Of a DNA stretch of 43,636 bases, positions 19,189 through 28,572 are shown in pieces. The notes beneath the pieces were generated by a model. That model was not told the origin of the DNA, searched no databases, and saw only the letters and a list, made by a program, of their open reading frames with translations. Position 1 is the stretch's first letter; each line of letters opens with the position of its first letter. The DNA comes from an uncultured Methanobrevibacter sp. (GTDB lineage: Archaea; Methanobacteriota; Methanobacteria; Methanobacteriales; Methanobacteriaceae), in the NCBI GenBank assembly GCA_964583995.1, contig CAZOYH010000001.1, positions 1 through 43,636 of the forward strand. Reading direction: 5' to 3'. Made by a program: the position numbers and the translations under genes.

Positions 19189-20376
19189 ATGAGTAGTTGG
19201 AGAAGAATATCTGTTGCAATTTTTATAGCTTTAATTTTACTAAGCATAGCTTTAATAGTCATCAGTTCTGTAAATAGTACTCCATTAAACGCTCAACAAG
19301 TATCCAGTGAATTTAATCTTCCTATAGGTCAGTCAATGTTTGAAAACGATTCAATTGTAGGTCAGAATAACCCAATTGAAGTTCCTCTATTATCTAATTT
19401 CGGATTCATTGCTCATGAAATCCAAGCTTTTGATTTAGAGGGGATATTGCTGACATTGTCTACTGGTGTTGTTCCTTTTGATTTCTCTTCTGTTTCTAGT
19501 GAAGGTATAGATTCTTATGGACACGTTGTTGACGTTGAAGGGCCTGGATTTTTGACTATGGAAGATGGAAAACTGGCTGTTAAATCTCCAGATCACTATG
19601 TATGGGGTTACAGTACTGCATATACATGGCTGGAGAAAACTGAAGACGGAGTAAATATAGTTGAAAACGGCACTGTTGTCAAATCAGTTCCTGTTGACCA
19701 GATTAAAAATTTAAATTACAGTAATGATTATTATAACAACGATACTATTGTAAGCTGGTATAATTACGATGCCGATGTCGGATCAACATTTATCCTTGAA
19801 AAGGGAATGACCAATTTCGCTGATGGAAGAAGCGATATTTCTTCAAGCGAGGTTCCTGTAATTTTCGGACAGGACGTTGTTGATTATGCAGCTGAATACC
19901 CTACAGGTTCTCCAATCTTATTATATGCCGGACAATACACAGAAGAAGACGGTGAAACTTATGGTACATCTTTAGGTTCACACCCGGAATATGGTGATAG
20001 TATAAGGGAAGTCAATGCAAGACAATTCGTTGAAGCATGGAACGGAACCATTATCCCACCTAATTCAACCAGCAGTGGTAAGGACTATGTCTACTTTGAA
20101 TCAGCATCTGATTCAGAAGCACCTGGTGGAAGTGCGGCACACGGAGTATGTCCGTCTGCAAGAGCTTTAAGAGCTGCAGTACTTGCTGAAGGATTCGGAT
20201 TGCCTGTCGGTATGGATGGTTCTGAAAATGCTGTATTGTTTGGATATAACCCTGCAAGTGATATTACCGTTACAAATAACCATGATTATCCTGTAAAAAT
20301 CACTATGTGGACTGAAGGATCAGGTACAGGCATGGGTATTTATGCAAAAATAACAAGATATATTCCGAACGACTGA
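19189..20376 (+). CDS. Membrane-anchored extracellular protein with C-terminal VanW-like domain
   Basis: N-terminal TM; NARQFVEAWNGTIIPP, HGVCPSARALRAAVL and DITVTNNHDYPVKI parallel the VanW NG..I.PG / GG.CQ....L..A.L / D.kf.N....PI.I blocks. Confidence 0.6.
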   Translation: MSSWRRISVAIFIALILLSIALIVISSVNSTPLNAQQVSSEFNLPIGQSMFENDSIVGQNNPIEVPLLSNFGFIAHEIQAFDLEGILLTLSTGVVPFDFSSVSSEGIDSYGHVVDVEGPGFLTMEDGKLAVKSPDHYVWGYSTAYTWLEKTEDGVNIVENGTVVKSVPVDQIKNLNYSNDYYNNDTIVSWYNYDADVGSTFILEKGMTNFADGRSDISSSEVPVIFGQDVVDYAAEYPTGSPILLYAGQYTEEDGETYGTSLGSHPEYGDSIREVNARQFVEAWNGTIIPPNSTSSGKDYVYFESASDSEAPGGSAAHGVCPSARALRAAVLAEGFGLPVGMDGSENAVLFGYNPASDITVTNNHDYPVKITMWTEGSGTGMGIYAKITRYIPND

Positions 20377-20399
20377 ATATATCAACTTTTTTTCTTTTT

Positions 20400-21053
20400 A
20401 TGTCAATTTCAACTATTATTACAGCGGCCGGAAGAAATTCCAGAATGAGAAAAGATCAGATTTCTCGAAACATTGAAGTTAAAAACAAACTCATTTTACC
20501 ATTTCAAAATAAGACTGTCATAGAGACCACCATTGACAATGCATTATCTGCAAATGTAGATGAATGTATTGTTGTACTTGGTCACTATTCTAGTGAAATA
20601 AAAGAAGCTATCTGGGATAATTATAAAGACTCTGTAAAATTTATTGAAAACAACCCAGTTGATGTAGGTTTATCAACTTCACTTTTCAATGGTCTGTCAA
20701 ATATAGATTCTGATTTTGCATTATGCGTTACAGCAGACCAGCCAACTGTTTCAACAGAAACTTTAAACAGGATGATATCAGTAATGGAAAAATGTGAAAA
20801 TCCATATAAAACAATATCTATTTTAAGAAGACGTAAAACGGGACTGTTGGATACTGCAGAAGGATTGGGAATGCCTTTTGTAGCACCACGTTTGAATTTA
20901 ATGAAATATCTCAAAAATGAGGATGACAATTTAAATCCGATACTTAGAAAAATATTTGATGACGGATATACGTTTTATGGTGTAAAAGAAAAAAATAAAA
21001 AAGAATTGTTAAACATCAATCATTACGATGATTATCTAACACTTCTAGATTGA
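20400..21053 (+). CDS. MobA/MocA-like NTP transferase
   Basis: IITAAGRNSRM, KLILP, GLSTSL..GL, ADQP, NIN...DY. Confidence 0.85.
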   Translation: MSISTIITAAGRNSRMRKDQISRNIEVKNKLILPFQNKTVIETTIDNALSANVDECIVVLGHYSSEIKEAIWDNYKDSVKFIENNPVDVGLSTSLFNGLSNIDSDFALCVTADQPTVSTETLNRMISVMEKCENPYKTISILRRRKTGLLDTAEGLGMPFVAPRLNLMKYLKNEDDNLNPILRKIFDDGYTFYGVKEKNKKELLNINHYDDYLTLLD

Positions 21054-21719
21054 TTTTAAGCCTTCAATAACTTCTTCAATTTTAGCTTTACTGATACCGA
21101 CAGTCATTTCATTATCTTTGATGTCAGCTGCCTTTCTTGAACCGTCACAGCCTAAAGTAAAGTTTACACCGTCTGCAAGGTATGGATTTGCAAATGCATC
21201 ACCACATAATGACTGGATACCTGCAAATGATGGGGTGATTTTTTCTCCTGTTTCATAAACGATACTTTGAGCAAGATTCATTCCACCAACCGGTTCGGTA
21301 ATAACTTGTATCACGTCAGCTTCAAAATCAGCTTCATCCAATGGAGCATAAATAATTCCCCAACTGATATCTTTAATAATTGAAAGTTTATCGGTTAACT
21401 GTTTAGCGGTTTTTAAATCTTTAAATCTGCCAAGTGAGAAGTATTTTTCACCATTTGCCAATTTTTCAGGCATGTCTCTAAGTCCGATAGCTCCAGCTCC
21501 TCCTAAACACATTTGTTGGTCAATAGTGGAGTAGAATTTATCACCTAAGGAAGCTTTTCTAACCATTTCACAGTGTCTGATTTTTTCATCAATTAAATCG
21601 TAACCTTCAGGTAAATCTGCTTCGGTTTTGATTAATTTCATAGCTACAGGTTTAGCATCAAGTTTGATTTTACTTTCGATTACTTCACAGTATTGTTTGT
21701 TTTTCTCCAAATTAGTCAT
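21045..21719 (-). CDS. DUF169-family protein
   Basis: PVAMKL, RHCEMV..A..G, C.GG...IG, QSLCGD, TLGCDGSR. Confidence 0.85.
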   Translation of the reverse strand: MTNLEKNKQYCEVIESKIKLDAKPVAMKLIKTEADLPEGYDLIDEKIRHCEMVRKASLGDKFYSTIDQQMCLGGAGAIGLRDMPEKLANGEKYFSLGRFKDLKTAKQLTDKLSIIKDISWGIIYAPLDEADFEADVIQVITEPVGGMNLAQSIVYETGEKITPSFAGIQSLCGDAFANPYLADGVNFTLGCDGSRKAADIKDNEMTVGISKAKIEEVIEGLKSI

Positions 21720-21745
21720 AAAAATCGCCTAATATTATATTTGTA

Positions 21746-22975
21746 TTAAGGAATTTTAAAGTCTTTTGTTTTAACACTGTTATTTTTACAAAATGTCCTA
21801 AAATCACAAGCACTACAGGTTCTCTCATCAGAATCCGCTTTCCAAGCCTCCTGAATTTTACAGCCTTTCATTTCTTTTATCAATGATTCCTCAATATTCG
21901 CCACAACACTGTCAAACTTTAAAAGAGCAGTGTCCGTTTCATCATCATTGACGTTAATGATTCTAATTGACCTTGCAATCTTAAATTCATCACTTAATTC
22001 AGGAGCCTTGTCTTCTTCCTTCCAGTTGCTGATTAGTTCAACGTCATTTTCAAATTCGTTTCCCACATCAGTCAAGCCATTGTTCAGCTCTTCATTAATT
22101 AAAACCAAGTCCTCTTTTGAAGGAACAAGTTCATTTAAATAAAAGATAATTCCAGCAATAATCGGTTTGGAGTCTTCCTGTTTTGACCTGAGCCATGAAT
22201 ATGTTAGAATCTGCTGTTTGTGAGTCTCCCATTTATCCTCGATTTTTTCATTGGCCACTTTAATAGGGGGTCTTTTCATTCCCTTGTAGTCAATAATTAT
22301 TTCATAGTCATCCTCTTCAAACTCCGAAACTCTTTTTTGAAAATCAAGGTCTTTTTTTAGAAATTCTATGATTTTATTGTCAAAGGTATCCAATGTGCTT
22401 TGGTTTAAATCATTTATTTTCATGGATGTTAAAACGTCAACAACACCGTTGATTCCGTAATAATTGGAACGGCTTTTGTTTTCATCATAATTTGGCATCT
22501 GCCTTATTCCTTTAATTAAAAGCTCGGATGAATCAATAAGAGGAAAAAGGTGTTTCCCCCAAATGTTTATTGCCTTTTCAGCTCTTGCACTTGCCAGTTT
22601 TTTATGATCATGTTCGTTTAAATCATCAATTGTCTGATGGTTGTTCGGCTGATTGTGGATGCTGTAAAACAAATCTTCATCATGAGGATAAAGACCCCTT
22701 ACCTGAAGCCTTAAATCAATTTCATCCTCAATAGGTCTGATATCCTTTTTCCAATCCCATGGAAACTGAGTATTGTTCTGTTTCCATTCAATGAAAGCTT
22801 CCTCCAAAACGCCGTGAATGAATTCTCCAAACCATCTTTGAACAGGCTTTGAAGGAGGCAAAGTCCCTTTATTCTGGTATCTGTATTGCAGATTGCAAGT
22901 TAAAAATGAAAGCAAATCGCCGGTTAGGCTGTATTCGGGAATCATATATGATTTTGATCTTGTCGGTAATTTCAT
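21746..22975 (-). CDS. RecB/Cas4-like PD-(D/E)XK nuclease with four Fe-S-type cysteines
   Basis: TCNLQYRY, FGEFIH, GVVDVL, IIDYKG, QILTY, C-terminal CSACDFRTFC. Confidence 0.88.
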   Translation of the reverse strand: MKLPTRSKSYMIPEYSLTGDLLSFLTCNLQYRYQNKGTLPPSKPVQRWFGEFIHGVLEEAFIEWKQNNTQFPWDWKKDIRPIEDEIDLRLQVRGLYPHDEDLFYSIHNQPNNHQTIDDLNEHDHKKLASARAEKAINIWGKHLFPLIDSSELLIKGIRQMPNYDENKSRSNYYGINGVVDVLTSMKINDLNQSTLDTFDNKIIEFLKKDLDFQKRVSEFEEDDYEIIIDYKGMKRPPIKVANEKIEDKWETHKQQILTYSWLRSKQEDSKPIIAGIIFYLNELVPSKEDLVLINEELNNGLTDVGNEFENDVELISNWKEEDKAPELSDEFKIARSIRIINVNDDETDTALLKFDSVVANIEESLIKEMKGCKIQEAWKADSDERTCSACDFRTFCKNNSVKTKDFKIP

Positions 22976-22983
22976 CCTATCAC

Positions 22984-25428
22984 CTAAATTAAATATATCT
23001 CATTAAATCCTACGTAATTTTCATCTCTGCTCCATCCAAGAGCAACATTCGGAATACTGAAGTGGTCATTTTTCTTGGTGTAACCTTCAATGGCTGAATT
23101 CAGACCAATTAACAATAATACACTTTCCGCTCTTGAAAATGCAACAAAATAAAGTCGTGTCAAATCATCAAATGAACGGTCTTTTTCACTTCTTTCGCTT
23201 TGACCCAGGCAGCTGTGCTGTCTGATGCTGTCTTCAATAGTTGTTTTATCCTTTAAAGACTTTGGAAATCTCAGCCTTTGTGTTCTGATGTCATTGGTTT
23301 TAAATCTGGAGCCAACATCAACAATGACAAGAGGAAATTCCAATCCTTTAGACTGGTGAATCGATAAAACATTTATCCGGTCATCAGGAAGGGTTTCAAG
23401 CAGTGATTCATCAATGCTCACACCGCCTGTTGAAAGAGGAATGAAAATATTCCAGATAGCTTCAAGAACTGACTCTCTTTCATCATGAGGGCTTTTAAAT
23501 GAAATATTTGAATGGTACTCGTTGAAAAATCCTGTTTGGGTAATTGACTTGGTTATTGCCTCCAGATATACAATTCCCTCAACATCATCCTGCAGGTCTT
23601 CAATCCAGGTTGTTATCTTATATGCAAGTTCCATCAGACTTGCAGTTGTCGGCCATTCTTCCCTTTGCCTTGGACGTCTGAGCTGCCAGTGGGTAACAAA
23701 CTGGGACAGTGTAATCGGTTCTGTTGGTTCTGGATTTAACTTAACGTAATCCTTTGCCTTAAGTCTCCATCGGTTCATGTTTCTTTTTGCAAGAGTAGGT
23801 ATGGTTTTATCTGAATTTTGAATGCTTGCTTCCGGGTCAATACATTCAAGCATCAAACCGCAGAAAATTCCAACAATGTCAATGTCCTGCAAATCAATTC
23901 CTCTTGGATTAAACATTTCAATTGGATTTTTCAGTCTCTTAAGCTGTTTTCTCAAATAGAATAAAAATGATCGATTTCCAAACTGCAGTTCTTTTGGGGA
24001 AAATGATAATATTGCAATATCTGATGCTGAACCGTACTGGCTATCCAATGTAAGTTTAATCTTATCCATTTCTTTTCCGGCTTTCAGATTTTCACTTCTG
24101 ATTTGCTGCAGCCGGGCAATGTCAAGTTTGCGATTCATTTTCTCATAATAATCCTTATTTAAGACCTGAAGAACTGGAAGCTCGCATTCTCCTTTGTTTA
24201 TAAGCTTATTGATTAATAGTGACAGGTCACGTGCAAGCATTTCAGGATTGTTTCTAAACATTCCCAAAACAGGCATCTTATCCTTTTCAAAGTCAGGTGC
24301 AATGATTTTAGGTTTGTTTTCAACTCTTGCTTTTTGATATTCCTTGTCAAGCTCTGCAAACTGGTTGCAGTGTTGGATAATATTTTCGGTTGAGCGGTAA
24401 TTGGTTGTTAAATTAATCTCTTCAACATCAATTCCCAATCTCTTCTTAATACGTGATTGATAATTGGTAAACAAATCCACGGTAGCTCCCCTGAAACGGT
24501 ATAATGACTGGTCATCATCTCCAACAACCGTGATATTACCGTCATTTTCAAGTGCGGATTGGGCTATTGTAAAGTAAATGTCTTCCTGGATGAGATTAGT
24601 GTCTTGATATTCATCAATTAAAACGATTCTGATTTCATCGAGAAATGTTTTCAGGTCATTGTTTTTTAACTTTTCTAAAAACATGGACTCAAGCATTGCA
24701 AAATCAATTGTGTTTCTCGCCTGAAGCGTTTTTTCATATTTTTTAATGCAGTCAAGAGCAATTTTTTTTCCTTTTTCATGTTCAACTTGAGTGTATAATT
24801 CATCAAAGTCAACCTGATCATAATAGAGTCTGTTTTTGATTTCCATAAGTATTTCACTTATTTTGGATGGTTCTTCAAGTTTCTGCCTTCCGCTTAACTC
24901 CTTTAAGTATTCAACCAAATCCTTATCAAGATACTTTTCCTCTTCAATAATGATTTTAATCATTGCAGAGTTCGCCACAAACTCTTCTATAACAGTTGCC
25001 TGATTTTCACCAGGTTTTCTGTAATCGCGTAAAAGCTCTTCTGCGATACTGTCGGTTGTTCCGATTTTAATCTGGTTAAAGTCAATTCTGTCAATTTTCA
25101 GGATGTCTGTGAAGTTTTCACCACTTACATTGTCAATGAGATGATTTTTAATTTGATCTCCCCAACCGAGAATCCTTGAATATAGTTCATCTGCAGCTTT
25201 TCTTGTAAATGTTGTAGCCAATATTTCACCAGGTTCAATATCATCAACAAAGATGTATTTTAATATCTTAAGCACCATTACTGTGGTTTTTCCCGAACCG
25301 GGTCCTGCTACGATAAAAAGGGATTTGTCGCTTGGTGATGATATTGCATTTTTCTGGTTTTTATTTGAAGAGATATCTCTTTTTAAAATATTTACTACTA
25401 TGTCTTCAAATTCTTCATATGAAATCAT
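22984..25428 (-). CDS. UvrD/PcrA-family SF1 helicase
   Basis: AGPGSGKT, TFTRKAA, DEYQD, VGDDDQSLYRFRGA, NYRS, IHQSKGLEFP, RLYFVAFSRA. Confidence 0.93.
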   Translation of the reverse strand: MISYEEFEDIVVNILKRDISSNKNQKNAISSPSDKSLFIVAGPGSGKTTVMVLKILKYIFVDDIEPGEILATTFTRKAADELYSRILGWGDQIKNHLIDNVSGENFTDILKIDRIDFNQIKIGTTDSIAEELLRDYRKPGENQATVIEEFVANSAMIKIIIEEEKYLDKDLVEYLKELSGRQKLEEPSKISEILMEIKNRLYYDQVDFDELYTQVEHEKGKKIALDCIKKYEKTLQARNTIDFAMLESMFLEKLKNNDLKTFLDEIRIVLIDEYQDTNLIQEDIYFTIAQSALENDGNITVVGDDDQSLYRFRGATVDLFTNYQSRIKKRLGIDVEEINLTTNYRSTENIIQHCNQFAELDKEYQKARVENKPKIIAPDFEKDKMPVLGMFRNNPEMLARDLSLLINKLINKGECELPVLQVLNKDYYEKMNRKLDIARLQQIRSENLKAGKEMDKIKLTLDSQYGSASDIAILSFSPKELQFGNRSFLFYLRKQLKRLKNPIEMFNPRGIDLQDIDIVGIFCGLMLECIDPEASIQNSDKTIPTLAKRNMNRWRLKAKDYVKLNPEPTEPITLSQFVTHWQLRRPRQREEWPTTASLMELAYKITTWIEDLQDDVEGIVYLEAITKSITQTGFFNEYHSNISFKSPHDERESVLEAIWNIFIPLSTGGVSIDESLLETLPDDRINVLSIHQSKGLEFPLVIVDVGSRFKTNDIRTQRLRFPKSLKDKTTIEDSIRQHSCLGQSERSEKDRSFDDLTRLYFVAFSRAESVLLLIGLNSAIEGYTKKNDHFSIPNVALGWSRDENYVGFNEIYLI

Positions 25429-25603
25429 TTTTCCCCTCTGATATTAATTTATGTACTGTTGTCATTAATAAACTAATTGAGAGAGCATTTGTTCACTATT
25501 CAAGTTTTTGTGAATTTTTCATAAATTCTGTTAATGAAAAGTCTTATTTATTACAAAAAATATAATATTATAAGGAAGGTAATCTTCCATAATATGTATA
25601 TTT

Positions 25604-25629
25604 AGTTAGAAACATTTTTGTTTCTAACT
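25604..25629. promoter_or_regulatory. Perfect 11-bp palindrome in the divergent promoter region between two helicase genes
   Basis: AGTTAGAAACA (25604-25614) TTTT TGTTTCTAACT (25619-25629). Confidence 0.55.
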
Positions 25630-25709
25630 TACTGTTTTTAGATTTACAATACTTTTAAATATTATTTTAACTCAATTAATATTATTAACTTTTAATTTTA
25701 GCGGTTATT

Positions 25710-28568
25710 ATGTCTGAGCTCAACAATATTGATATGTTTAAAAATGATGTAAGGTATAGGGAAAACATTGCCCATATTGAAACAATACCTGCTAAAAAAG
25801 CTAGTTTTAAAAAAGTTGAAGATTTGGATGAAAAAATTGTTGAGTATCTTGATTTAAAAGGTGTTAAGCTTTACAAGCACCAAGCTGAGACATATGAAGC
25901 CATCAAAGATGGTGAAAATGTCATAATAACCACTCCAACCGCTTCGGGAAAGACCCTGGCCTTTAATCTGCCGATTATGGAAACGATGATTGAGGATTCA
26001 CAGGCAACTGCTCTTTACATTTATCCGGCAAAAGCCCTTTCAAATGACCAGCTGCATGTTCTTGAAAACCTTGAAGGAGAGCTTGACATTAAAATCAACC
26101 CAAGAACATATGACGGCGACACCCCAAGAGGTGACAAAAAGGGAATCCGTGAAAAATCAAGGATTGTCCTTACAAACCCTTACCAGCTGCATCTGATTTT
26201 ATCCTGGCACCACCAGTGGTCAAGGTTCTATAAAAACCTAAGATATATCGTAATTGACGAGTCACATTACTACAAAGGAGTATTCGGATCCAACGTTGCA
26301 TTTCTAATTAAAAGATTAAAAAGAATTGCCAACTTTTACGGTTCATATCCCCAGTTTATTTTATCATCTGCAACTCTTGCAAATCCCTTGGAACTTGCAA
26401 ACAGATTGACCGGTGAGGACTTTGCACTTGTCGATGATGATACCTCACCAAGCGGTGAAAAGGACTTTATCTTATACAATCCATTTAAAAATTATTTGAG
26501 AAACAAGGTCTACACCCAAAATGCCCCGTCAGTTCACATGGAAACGGAAAACATTTTCATGTACATGATGCTTAAAAATATCCAGACATTGTGCTTTACC
26601 GTTTCAAGAAAAACCACAGAACTAATTGCAATGTGGGCTAAAAAGGACATGACACAGGTAAAAGGCAAATTGGCTCACAGAATCGCAGCATACCGGGCAG
26701 GATACAGACCAACCGAAAGGCGTGAAATCGAAGAAGGTCTTAAAAGCGGAAAATATCTTGGAGTAACATGCACAAATGCATTGGAGCTGGGTATAAATAT
26801 AGGTTCTCTTGATGCAGTTATCATTTCAGGCTATCCCGGAACAATGATATCAACCTGGCAGCAGGCTGGACGTGCAGGAAGAAGCAACCAAAAATCAGTT
26901 GCAATTCTAATAGCATTTGAAAACCAGCTGGATCAGTATTTCATGAACAATCCTAAATTCTTCTTTGACAAACCCCATGAAAATGCAATCATAGACCTTT
27001 CAAATCCGATATTGCAGGAAGCACATCTCTTATGCGCCGCAAAGGAACTGCCATTAAAAAGAGGGGAAGCGGAAAAATACTTTAATGTTTCACAAAATGT
27101 GGTTGACAGATTAGTTGCCAAAAAGGACCTGCAGGAAAACCATCGGGGAGATTTCATGTATCCATATGATGACAATCCGGCAATGGATCACTCCTTAGAC
27201 CAGATTTCATCAGAAGAATTTAAGGTAATGAATAACGGAATGCTTTTAGAGACAATGGAACGCTCACAGGTTTACCGTGAAGCTCATGAAGGAGCAATAC
27301 TAATCAATAAGGGAGACACATATGTGGTAAACAGCATCAACCTCAAAAAGGGATACGTAAACGTATCCAAAGAAAATGTCGAATACCATACGATGGTTTT
27401 AAACAAAACAGAAACCAAAATCAAAAAGAAACTGTCAAAAACAAAATATGGTGATTTGACAATACACTTCGGAGAGCTTACAGTAAGTGAAGACTACTTC
27501 AAATATAAAAAAATGCACTTTTCAAAACCGATTGGAACATACCTTTTGGACTTGCCTCCTTTGAAATTCAACACAAAGGGACTGTGGTTTACAATACCAA
27601 AAAGCGTTAAGGACACACTGGAAGAGATGTTTCCAAATGAGGAAGAAGTCTTTGCCGGCGGCCTTCACGGAGCAGAGCATGCTTTAATCGGTCTTTTCCC
27701 ACTTCATACAATGTGTGACAGATTTGATATAGGGGGCCTTTCAACAAATTTCCATGAAGACACTCAAGAAGCAACCATTTTTATCTATGACGGTTATGAA
27801 GGTGGAATAGGAATAACTGAAAAGGCAGTGGATGTGTTCGTTGATTTGCTGGACTCCACAATTGACCTTTTGAACAACTGTAACTGTAAAAAAGGATGCC
27901 CATCATGCATCTACTCACCAAAATGCGGAAATGATAACAAACCGCTTCACAAAGGTGCAACAATCTACATTCTGGAATATATGAAAAAATTAATCTCCGG
28001 TGAAAGTGAAGGGAAAACAGAAGAGATTGTAGTTGAAGTCAAACAGCTCGATGCATTTGATGAAGCCATGGAACTATATAATAAAGGAGAATATTCAGCT
28101 TCAAAAGATGTCTTGAATGCTATTTTGGCTGATGATAAAAAACATGTACATGCACTTGCCCTGATGGCTCAAATACTATATAATCAAGACCAGAAGGACA
28201 TTGCACTTCTTTTTACCAAAAAGGCATTGGCAGTTGACAGGTCAAATGAAATGGCAAACGAACTGGAAGTCCTACTTTCCAATAAACCTAAAAAAGAGGA
28301 TTTAAGTGAACTAAATTCACTTGATGATGTAGAAACATTATACGAAGAAGCCTATGATTTATACGGGCAAGGGGATTTGGAGACAACTTTAGAAATTCTT
28401 GAAAAATTGCTAAGCTATGATGACAAACACTCAGAAGCACTTGCACTGATGGGACTGATATATTACCACTCAGGAATATTTCCAAAAGCTGTAGAATATT
28501 ATAAAAAGGCTTCAAAAATAAATAAGAATGGTGAAATGGTTCGAGAGTTGAAAATGAGAGTGGCTTAA
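25710..28568 (+). CDS. Hrq1/MrfA(YprA)-type DEAH-box helicase with DUF1998 zinc domain and C-terminal TPR repeats
   Basis: LYKHQ, TPTASGKT, YPAKALSNDQ, DESH, SAT, TNALELG, QQAGRAGR; HGAEHA..CDR..D..EGG.G..CNCKKGCPSC (DUF1998); duplicated TPR blocks (A..LY..G.Y...ALALM..I.Y) in the last about 190 aa. Confidence 0.92.
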   Translation: MSELNNIDMFKNDVRYRENIAHIETIPAKKASFKKVEDLDEKIVEYLDLKGVKLYKHQAETYEAIKDGENVIITTPTASGKTLAFNLPIMETMIEDSQATALYIYPAKALSNDQLHVLENLEGELDIKINPRTYDGDTPRGDKKGIREKSRIVLTNPYQLHLILSWHHQWSRFYKNLRYIVIDESHYYKGVFGSNVAFLIKRLKRIANFYGSYPQFILSSATLANPLELANRLTGEDFALVDDDTSPSGEKDFILYNPFKNYLRNKVYTQNAPSVHMETENIFMYMMLKNIQTLCFTVSRKTTELIAMWAKKDMTQVKGKLAHRIAAYRAGYRPTERREIEEGLKSGKYLGVTCTNALELGINIGSLDAVIISGYPGTMISTWQQAGRAGRSNQKSVAILIAFENQLDQYFMNNPKFFFDKPHENAIIDLSNPILQEAHLLCAAKELPLKRGEAEKYFNVSQNVVDRLVAKKDLQENHRGDFMYPYDDNPAMDHSLDQISSEEFKVMNNGMLLETMERSQVYREAHEGAILINKGDTYVVNSINLKKGYVNVSKENVEYHTMVLNKTETKIKKKLSKTKYGDLTIHFGELTVSEDYFKYKKMHFSKPIGTYLLDLPPLKFNTKGLWFTIPKSVKDTLEEMFPNEEEVFAGGLHGAEHALIGLFPLHTMCDRFDIGGLSTNFHEDTQEATIFIYDGYEGGIGITEKAVDVFVDLLDSTIDLLNNCNCKKGCPSCIYSPKCGNDNKPLHKGATIYILEYMKKLISGESEGKTEEIVVEVKQLDAFDEAMELYNKGEYSASKDVLNAILADDKKHVHALALMAQILYNQDQKDIALLFTKKALAVDRSNEMANELEVLLSNKPKKEDLSELNSLDDVETLYEEAYDLYGQGDLETTLEILEKLLSYDDKHSEALALMGLIYYHSGIFPKAVEYYKKASKINKNGEMVRELKMRVA

Positions 28569-28572
28569 TCAG

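Noticed and set aside
21746-22975. Cas4 of a CRISPR-Cas locus
   Set aside because: No repeat-spacer array or other cas genes seen; the protein is about twice typical Cas4 length and is coupled to a UvrD helicase
25710-28568. DISARM or Druantia system based on DUF1998
   Set aside because: No methyltransferase, phospholipase D or other partner genes; architecture matches the Hrq1/MrfA single-chain helicase
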